From Sphaerodactylus townsendi (Eukaryota): a DNA stretch of 64,000 nucleotides. The stretch spans positions 806,001-870,000 of the forward strand of contig NC_059427.1 in NCBI RefSeq assembly GCF_021028975.2. The letters are read 5' to 3'. Shown here in pieces: positions 56,150 through 64,000 of this stretch. The notes under the pieces are model-generated. The model was given only the letters and a program-made list of their open reading frames with translations, had not been told where the DNA came from and made no database searches. The stretch's first letter is position 1. Every line of letters begins with the position of its first letter. The translations under genes and the position numbers were made by a program.

Positions 56150-56353
56150 GGGTTGCCAACCTCCAGGTAAAGGCTGGAGAGATCTCGCTATTGCAAATAA
56201 TCTCCAGGCAACAAGGAATCTGCTCCCTGGAAGAAAATGGCTGGTCGGGAGGTCGCGCTCGACGGCCTGATGCTCCATTGAAGCCTCCTCCCCCCTCAGG
56301 CTCCCCCCCCCACAAAAACCCTCCAGGAATTTCCCAGCCTGGAGCTGGCAACT
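56150..56353. mobile_element. MITE with GGGTTGCCA-type termini (relatives at about 43330-43550 and 45595-45768)
   Basis: gggttgccaacctccagg ... cctggagctggcaact. Confidence 0.6.
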
Positions 56354-56456
56354 GAGTCACACAGAGGGTCACAGATGCAGCGTATCCTGCTCTTAATATC
56401 TGGGGTTCGACACCTGAAATTCCCTTTTTCACATCACTTTGACATTTTTTTTCTTT

Positions 56457-56460
<4 letters not shown>

Positions 56461-56500
<40 letters not shown>
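56461..56500. repeat. (GT)n microsatellite
   Basis: About 20 units. Confidence 0.95.
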
Positions 56501-56501
<1 letters not shown>

Positions 56502-56549
56502 GTCTGTCTGTCTGTCTAACGATACAAAAATGAATGAACTTGGGTATAA

Positions 56550-56695
56550 TGCGGGGCCTCCAACCGCGGCCCTTCAGATGTGCATGGACTACGAGTCCCA
56601 TCAGCCCCTGCGAGAGCGGCCATTGGGCATCCTCGCAGGGGCTGATGGGAATCGTAGTCCGCGCACCTCTGAAGGGCCGCAGTTAGAAACCGCTG
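56550..56695. mobile_element. Hairpin hAT-type MITE directly upstream of the PFDN6 promoter
   Basis: gcggcccttcaga..ggactacgagtcccatcagcccctgcgag / ctcgcaggggctgatgggaatcgtagtcc..tctgaagggccgc. Confidence 0.8.
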
Positions 56696-56719
56696 ATATA
56701 ATGAATGAAAATAAATAAC

Positions 56720-56860
56720 TGAACATCCGGTATCCCCCCGACGCGCCCTCCGCCATCTTGGGGGCGGGCGGAGGTGACGCCAGAGCTGTTCCTCCACTTC
56801 CGGCCCCGCCTCCCAACGCTGGGACAGGGTCGGCTCGTGGTGGAGGCGGCCGGTAGGCGG
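56720..56860 (+). promoter_or_regulatory. PFDN6 promoter and non-coding first exon
   Basis: YY1-like CCGCCATCTT at about 56750, GC boxes, ETS CACTTCCGG at about 56795, donor ccg|gtaggc at about 56852. Confidence 0.6.
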
Positions 56861-57085
56861 ATGGGGGGGAGGAGGAGCGGTCGTGAATTGTGGGGCGGGG
56901 CGGCGGGCGGCCCCCATCCCGGTGCAGAGGGGCGCCTTGGGGGGGCCTGCTAAGGGGGATCTCTGTTTGAAGCCCCCTCCCCCGGCAAGGCTGCCCTGCG
57001 TGAGATGGGGAGGTGAGATGGGGAGGGGGGAGGTCCGTCCCCCCCCCAATATGCTGAGGGTCTCTTCCCTGTCCGCGCAGGGGCG

Positions 57086-59144
57086 ATGGCGGAGGCGCTG
57101 CAGAAGAAGCTGCAGGGGGAGCTGGAGAAGTACCAGCAGCTGCAGAAAGGTGGAGACCCCCCTCCCCCCCCCGGCAGACCCCCTCCCCGCGCGACCCCGG
57201 GGCTGCCAGTCTGTGGTCTGAGAAGGCTGGCTCCGCTAGTCACACACTGGAAGGGAACTTCGTGCGGCGGGGACCTGTGAGCATCACTGCTCTCCAGCCA
57301 GGGGGGGGCGGCCAGATGCTTCGGGACAGCCCCTTGGCCAGGGATGGGGGGGTGGGCTGGCGCTGCCCCCTCCACCTGCTGCCCGGGGGTCTGGGTGGGG
57401 CCTCCAGGAGGCAGCCTGGTTTGGACTTGACCCCTCCTCTGAAACTGGGGGGTGGGTGGGAGAGCCGCAGGGGAGGGGGCTGCCTGCAGAGGGGCTGCTA
57501 GTCTGGGTCCTGGAGGAGTCCTCTGGAGCACCCCCTGCGTCCCTGGCGCTGAAGAGGAGGAGGGGACCTTGGAAAGAGGCTCCTCACGGGCTGTCTTGGG
57601 GGGGGGCTGCCCACCCCCCATTTCTGCCCTGCGTAAGGCTTGGGGGCAGAGGCCCTGCCATAGCTGAGAACGGCTGCTCTGCCCTTGGTCCCCTCCCAGA
57701 CCTCAGCAAGTGCATGACCTCCCGGCAGAAACTGGAGGCGCAGCTGACGGAGAACAACATTGTGAAGGAGGTGAGTGGCTGGGCCACGTTCGCCCCAGGG
57801 GGAGCCCCCCCCCCCCGCCCCTTGCATGGCCCTCCCCTCCCTTGACGGCGCTCCCTCCCCTCCCCAGGAACTGGACCTCCTGGACTCCTTCTAACCCCGT
57901 CTACAAGCTGGTTGGGCCGGTGCTGGTGAAGCAGGACACGGACGAGGCGAAGGCCACGGTGGGCAAGCGGCTGGACTACATCGCAGGGGAAATGTGAGTC
58001 CCTCGGGGGCAGGGGGGGCATCCGCTGAGGGGGCTAGTCTAGGAACTCCCCTCCCCCCGCCTTCCGGAATGGCCAGCTCGGGAAGCCAGGTCCCTGCCTC
58101 GAGGAACTTCCAGTTTAAAGTGTGACATCAGAGCCCAGACCAGAAAGGGATGTGGGGGTAAGCGAGGGAGGGGCCACGGCTCGGAGGAAGACCCCCCGCT
58201 GGGCACACAGGAAGCCCCGAGTTCAATCCCTGGCAGCAGCGTATCCCGGCCGGAGGTGCGGGGAAAGATCTCCGCCTGATTCAGAATAAGGCACCTTCAT
58301 GTGTTCCCGCCGGCACTTGGAGGTATACTGCAGCTGAACATGGAGGTTCCATTTCACTATTGTAACTAATAGCCATGAGCGTGCCCAAGGGAGCACTTTG
58401 TAGCCTGTGTGCCCAACTCAAGGATGGGGGGCAGTGATGGGGGGGGGGAGTTTTGCTAGAATAACAGTGGCCAGCCAATCAGGGCTGGGCCAAACACCGG
58501 AAGGGCTCCTGTATTTGGTGAACAGCCAGAATGACTTCTCCTGCCCACAGGGCAGGGCCCGTTGCAGCAGCACGGAAGGTGATTTTCTTGTGTGCCCCCT
58601 CCCCTCCGGGTGGCCAGCTGTGGCAGAGCCTTAGCTGTGGGAATTTTCTGGCTCTGTATGTGTAGTTCCAGATTAAACGAATAAGGGATGAAAATGGGGG
58701 GGGGGGGCACAGATTCCCAGCCCCTCCTGGCTTATGAGAAGACATGATGTGAAAAACATTGTTTGCCAGAGAATGAGCTTTCTTCCCCCAGGAACGAAAT
58801 AGAGCCTCAGTGTTCAGGAGCTGTGTATCTCAAGGTTTCCTTTCTCCTGCCGGGGGTCTTCTGGAAGCCGCGGGGCTGCCTCGAGGTGCCCTCTTTGGCA
58901 GACCCTCTGCCTGACGTAGTGGGTCTGAGCAGGGTCAGGGCTTGCTGAATAAGACCCGCCCCCCAGGGGGTTCCCACCTCGCATTCTCAGCGCTGCAGTG
59001 GCGGCTTCTGGTGTCTCTTGCAGCAAGCGGTACGAGGCGCAGATGCAGGACTACGAGAAGAAGTCGGAGCAGCAGCGGGAGGGCCTGGCCCGGCTGCAGG
59101 CAGAGTTCCAGAAGGCCCAGACCAAGGGGGCTGTCAAGGCCTGA
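57086..59144 (+). CDS. PFDN6: Prefoldin subunit 6 (KE2), about 126 aa; exons 57086-57149, 57700-57770, 57868-57993, 59024-59144; apparent +1 frameshift near 57889
   Basis: MAEALQKKLQGELEKYQQLQK|DLSKCMTSRQKLEAQLTENNIVKE|ELDLLDS..SNPVYKLVGPVLVKQDTDEAKATVGKRLDYIAGEI|KRYEAQMQD..KA*. Confidence 0.93.
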
Positions 59145-59244
59145 GCCCCCCTCTGGACCCCCAACCAGGACTGTGCCAAGTGGGGTGGGGTGGGGTGGAC
59201 ATGGAGCTCGCCATTATGCTGTAGCTGTTAATTTGCTGTTTGAA

Positions 59245-59250
59245 AATAAA
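59245..59250 (+). terminator. PFDN6 polyadenylation signal AATAAA
   Basis: About 100 nt after the stop codon. Confidence 0.75.
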
Positions 59251-60169
59251 AGTCAGGTCAAGTCTCTGTCAGGACTCCTCACTCACCCACTCCAAAGGAC
59301 ATGGTGGGAGATCCCCCCCCACCCTGGTGCTCTGGCTCTCCTGATCCTCGGAATGAGAATCTTCTGTGAGAGGAACTGGGGGGTGGGGGCTGTGGTTGAG
59401 GATGCCCTGCAGGGCTGCGTGTGGGAAGGGTGTTGTCTACGCGGAGGAACTGCTGCCTTGGATGCCGGAGGCCACGAGTTCAATCCGCAGCCTCCTCTCC
59501 AGGCGGAAGGAGACTGACAGTGGGTGATATGAGCGGGCCCCCCCATCCCCCGCCTGAGAACTTGTCAGTCCGAGCCAACAAGACTGCTTCCGACCGACCA
59601 CCAGTGGCCTGCCGCAGGGTGCTGCTGAAAGCCCCCCCACCCCCACCCCCAGTGGCAGTCTTTGGTTAGTGGTTGTGGTGGACAGAATCCTGCTGGGCTT
59701 CCACACTGGACTTCCCACCTAGAACAGACTAAGGCGTGAGCCCCTCTTGGACGTGGCCACCCCAGGCCCAGGAAATGAGCGAGTGAGTGGGCGTGGCTTA
59801 AACAGGCAGAGGTGCAAGGCCTGGCCCACTGTGCCCCTTTTGAAGAATGGGGGGGGCGCACAGACTTGGTGGGGTCCTCGTACCCAATGCCAGCCTGACC
59901 CTTCCCGTGCCCTCCTCGATGGCCTTTCTCTGCTAGCAATAGCAGGCGTCCCTCCCTGGTGCATGGGGGATCGCTCTCCCCCACAAGGATGCGGGACGGG
60001 AGTTGCCAGGAAAGACTTGGCAGTACCAGGAGAATGAGTGGGGAGGGCCATGTGCTGGCCAAACTCCATCTGTGAAAGAGCCCTGTGGGCATTTGGAAAC
60101 AACGCAAAGAAGGGCACCTGCTGATCCCAAGGCCTGGGTATTAAACTGGGCTCCTATTCATCCCAAAGA

Positions 60170-60760
60170 GTGGCTGGGAGCCCTTACCAAACTGGATTCA
60201 CGTGAAGCTTATTATCGAGTACGGATTGCTGAAGGTTTTGAGCACCTAACAGCTTTTAACACAAAATGTGGCCAATACGAATATACTGTAATGCCATTCG
60301 GGTTAGCCGGGGCTCCCGGGGTTTTTGTGTCTTTGATAAATGAAGTTCTCCAAGGCCTGCTTTTCCAAGGAGTGGTTGTGTATTTGGATGATGTTTTAAT
60401 CTATTCTCAAACTGAGGAGGAGCATATCCACCTAGTTCGCAAAGTACTAGAACGGTTGCTTGATCATTCTCTCTGTGTCAAATTATCCAAGTGTGCTTTC
60501 CATCAAGAGAAACTGGCTTTTCTAGGCTATCGTGTATCAGCAGCTGGGTTAGAAATGGATCCAAAAAAAGTTGACGCAGTCATGAACCGGCCTGTTCCCG
60601 CTACCCGCAAACAGCTGCAGTCCTTCCTCGGCTTCGCCAATTTTAACAGAGACTTTATTCCTCAATGTGCCCAACTTGCCTTGCCTCTCACTGACTTTCT
60701 CCGTACCGACAAAGGTCCAATGGCATCTCGACCAGCTGCCCCTTTATTATGGACTTCTAC
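60170..60760 (+). mobile_element. Ty3/Gypsy LTR-retrotransposon reverse transcriptase fragment (no LTR, gag or integrase seen)
   Basis: TKLDSREAYYRVRI..TAFNTKCGQYEYTVMPFGLAGAPGVF..VVVYLDDVLIYS..KLSKCAF..FLGY..LQSFLGFANF. Confidence 0.93.
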
Positions 60761-60789
60761 TCAGAGGCATTCGGCTCGGAGGAGAGTAA

Positions 60790-61050
60790 CAACATCAGAT
60801 GAGCCCTGCTGGATCAGGCCAGGGAGGGTCTATGTGGTCTAGCATCCTCTCAGACCCTCTGCAGGGCCAACAACAGGGCAGAGAGCCTGAGGCCTTCCCC
60901 TGCCGTTGCTTTCTGGGATTCAGAGGTTGACTGCCTCTATTTGTGGAGGCTCCCTTCGCCGCCGTGGCTAGATGCCACGGATGTGCCTCTCCTTCGTGAG
61001 TCAGTCTCAGCCACTGTGATGGCTACATCCTCCAGCAAGGAATTTCAGGC
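60790..61050 (-). mobile_element. Degenerate CR1 3' UTR
   Basis: gagccctgctggatcaggcc..tctagcatc, similar to the other CR1 3' ends. Confidence 0.55.
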
Positions 61051-61564
61051 GCTCGATGTGCACGGAGGTATGTCGCACACGCCCCTCCTGGCACAGGCAA
61101 ACAACATCTTTTTTCTACACAATGGAAAAGGTCTTGTCCTAATGCTGTCGCAGCCAAGAGCAGTTAGCAACTGTGCTCACAACCCTCCACTGCTCTGCCA
61201 TCAAGAAAAGGTGGGGCGGGAGCGGGGGCAGAAGCAAGCCAAATTTCTCTGTCTCCTGGAGCTGTTAAAAGATCCAGAACAGGAGCTGCATCCAACCGTG
61301 GGGTTCTGCTTGGCTGAGACACGGTGCGGGAGAGAGGAAGAGATCAACTTTTCCAGATTGTGTAGAGTTGGAGGAGACCACCAGAGCCACGGAGTTTAGA
61401 TCCCCGGCCACGCTGGAATGCCCAATCGAAGCACTCCGGGCAGATGGCCACCCAACCTCCAACTCAAAACCCCCAAAGGAGGAGATGCCGCCGCCCTCCA
61501 AGGCAGTCAGGGGGGCTTCCCAAGAGGCCGACAGGAGCCAGAAACTTCTCAAAACTGGGCGAGG

Positions 61565-61574
61565 TTTATTTATT
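61565..61574 (-). terminator. Probable RGL2 polyadenylation signal (overlapping AATAAA on the minus strand)
   Basis: tttatttatt on the plus strand, about 930 nt past the stop codon. Confidence 0.6.
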
Positions 61575-62501
61575 AAAGTAGTTATCCACCACCCTATCTT
61601 ACCCTATCTTCGCAAATGCCAGGCAGCCCCTGCCCCCCCCCCCCCCCCGCTAGGCAAGGGCCATCAGCACCACCCTCTCCTCCCAACACTCTTTGGTACA
61701 GAAGGGATTAGGGGGGGGGGGCTCATCCTGCCTTTGCAAGAGACTGGGGAGGGGACCTCTTATTGCTTGTGGCAGAAACTACCCCCTCCCCCCAAAGTCT
61801 TTGTTACATTAGTGTTAAGTGCACAGAGGTCTTCCAGCTGTGTCCAGGAAGGGGGGCACCTCCTCTCCCCCCCATATATGTGGGGTAAGCGAGATCAGAA
61901 ACAGCAAGTTTGCATCTCAGCTCCCCCCCCACCCCGAGACTCCCTGAGAAATTGTTTCCATCAGACCCATGAGGGTGTATCTCTGGTCCAGAGGAAGACC
62001 CTCCCCCCAGCCTTGATACGCTGAAAAAGGAGGGGGCGAGCACCTGTGCCCCCCACCCCACTTCCTGTCCAGGCAAGGAGGGAGGTGCCCAGGCAGACGG
62101 CACAAGCGACGCTCAGAAGAGCGCGAGAAAGACCCCATTGCAGCAGCAGCCCAGCAAAGCCCTCCTTCCCCCAAGCAGCCCGGCCTGACCCGGAGAGCCC
62201 TTTGAGGGCGGGGAACCCCTCGGGCACCCTGGAGGCACCCCCAGTCTCCTCCCCTGGCTCCTGCAGCCCGGCATGGCGAGTGCCGCGAAGCCTCTGGGAA
62301 ACATCTGCTTGTCCAGGGGGGCAACAGCTGCAGCAAAGGGCGCAAAAACCCTGGCCCGTCGGCACCCCTGAAGCAGAGCAGCAGAGACCCCTCAGGCGCT
62401 GCCGGGTCCCTTTCCAGTGGGCTGGTCGTGCTGCCCTCGTGCCAGTACGGCCACCGACAGCACAGAGTCTCAGCTGCGTGTGGGGCTGGCCAGTCCCCCC
62501 T

Positions 62502-63383
62502 TCAAAAGAAGGCCTTGGCGATCTTGCGCCCAGTGGCCTTGATCTTTGGGAAGGTGGCGTGGGCGTCCGTGTCCCGTGGCCGTGGGGTCCGGGGAGGGGG
62601 CAGCGGCGGGGGCGGGGCATCTGGCGGGCGCTTCCGGCGGAGCACAAAGTCCAGGCTGGAGCTGTTCATGGCGTAGAAGACGTTGGCCGTGGGTGGCAGG
62701 GCCAATTCTGCGCGGGCGACAGAGAGAGAGAGAGAGAGAGAAGCGATCGAGGTGGGCGCCTGGTGAAGTAGAAGCCCAATGGAGGGAGCAGCCAGCAGCT
62801 GCCTTCCCACCACCCACACACACCCCCGCCCACACTCCCACACAGCCCAACTCATCACAATGTCCGCAGCCACCGGGGGCTGCCTCATCCTGGAGGGGCC
62901 ACGTTTTGGGCTGCTGCCCAGATTGCTACTAAACCCAACAGGTGGAACCCAGGAGTGCCCGGCTGCCCTCACCCGGATGTCCATTTGGGTCTTCAGAAGC
63001 AAGTGGAGGTGGAGATGCAGCCCCCCCTCACCCCCGAGAACCCCCAGGTCAGGACGGAGGCAGCTCTGAAGCCTGATGCGCGGGGAACACCCTCCGTCCA
63101 TCGGGAGGAGCGCACAGGTGGACCCTTCCCTCAGCCCCACTGGGCTCCCCATGGGAAAATGAGATGGGGGGGGCTCTCCCAAACCGTCCATGGAAGCCCC
63201 CCACCCTGCAACGCTCGACAGCCAGTGGCTTCCCCCTGGTCTGCCCCACCCCCCAGCCCAGCCCTCACCTCGGCTTTCGCCCAGGAGCTGCACCAGTCCG
63301 TAGTGGGGGGCCAGGCTGCCCTCTTGGTTGTGTTTCTCCAGCACCTTCGCGATCACTGCGGGGGCTTTGTCCTGGCTGGTCAC
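62502..63383 (-). CDS. RGL2: RalGDS-like 2, last two coding exons (63383-63269, 62707-62502): RA domain and C-terminus; gene continues right of the window
   Basis: VTSQDKAPAVIAKVLEKHN..YGLVQLLGESR|ELALPPTANVFYAMN..DFVLR..FPKIKATGRKIAKAFF*; RGL2-type tail; syntenic with PFDN6. Confidence 0.92.
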   Translation of the reverse strand: MTSQDKAPAVIAKVLEKHNQEGSLAPHYGLVQLLGESRGEGWAGGWGRPGGSHWLSSVAGWGASMDGLGEPPPSHFPMGSPVGLREGSTCALLPMDGGCSPRIRLQSCLRPDLGVLGGEGGLHLHLHLLLKTQMDIRVRAAGHSWVPPVGFSSNLGSSPKRGPSRMRQPPVAADIVMSWAVWECGRGCVWVVGRQLLAAPSIGLLLHQAPTSIASLSLSLSVARAELALPPTANVFYAMNSSSLDFVLRRKRPPDAPPPPLPPPRTPRPRDTDAHATFPKIKATGRKIAKAFF

Positions 63384-64000
63384 CTGCCAACAGCAGCAAG
63401 GGGGGGGACTCGTGTCACTCTTTGCTTTGACAAGTCCCCTCTCCCAGATGCCCCCTGGAGCCAGAAAACTGGTCCTTATTAAGTTCCATGTCGACAGGTG
63501 CTCTGAGCATGAGCAGAAACACAGAAACAAATGTAATCCGCAAAGGATACTGGTAGCTTACTTCATTTGTCTATTTTCTCTGAAGCAGGCATTTGTATTT
63601 TACCCCAGCAAGGATCGGTTCATAAATGGCACCTAGAAGGTATAAACCTTAAAGCCCTATCGGCATAAAAGCCGACTCTCCGCTGCCTCCTGACCGCCTC
63701 TGGAAGTGGCCTCAGGGAACAGACGGGCCGTCCTGAAAGGCATCAGCAGGGAGTCCCACGGGCTCACGAGGGCTGTTATTTTAACCCTGCGCTTTGACAG
63801 AATTTAGGGGCTCCTCGGGTGATCATGATAAAATGCCTTGTCCCCGGGGGTGTCGCTTTATGCCGCTTTATGCCGCTGGACCATTGCTATATTCCCTGAC
63901 AGCAAATCACACAATTGAATCACTCACTATGCAAAGAAATATTTCTTTTGCCCACCAGTTTCAATGGGTCTTCTTGAGTTCCAGTATTTTGGGTGATGAT

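Noticed and set aside
63659-63877. Short inverted repeats (cggcataaaagccgac / gtcgctttatgccg) in an RGL2 intron
   Set aside because: Possibly an old MITE, but there is no TSD or second copy to support it.
1-64000. CRISPR arrays, rRNA, snoRNA or miRNA genes, prokaryotic systems
   Set aside because: Eukaryotic intron-exon DNA with no repeat-spacer array and no recognisable RNA gene. Small intronic RNAs cannot be excluded without an Rfam search.

Overview
GC-rich vertebrate genomic DNA from a squamate reptile. The SINE, CR1, L2 and MITE content suggests a gecko (inference). It covers the extended MHC class II gene cluster: PHF1 5' half (two copies in a >=4.4 kb inverted duplication centred on an N gap), KIFC1 (+, complete, 17 coding exons), DAXX (+, complete), TAPBP/tapasin (+, exons 4-8; 5' exons probably in an N gap), WDR46 (+, 13 exons; 3' end probably in an N gap), PFDN6 (+, with a 1-nt frameshift) and the last two exons of RGL2 (-). 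Three N gaps lie at 4399-4490, 37691-37782 and 55081-55163. Most ORF-track entries are spurious GC-rich frames, so gene models were built by hand from splice sites and phase. Main points of interest: (1) five Penelope-type palindromic elements, four carrying degenerate hammerhead ribozyme cores; (2) a tapasin lacking both the TAP-binding transmembrane Lys and the canonical KKXX ER-retrieval signal; (3) a gene order rearranged relative to mammals, with a PHF1/KIFC1 bidirectional CCAAT/CHR promoter; (4) a 39-nt copy of a DAXX exon inside a DAXX intron; (5) SINE tails abutting WDR46 splice acceptors. Comparisons with human and chicken proteins are from memory, not from searches.
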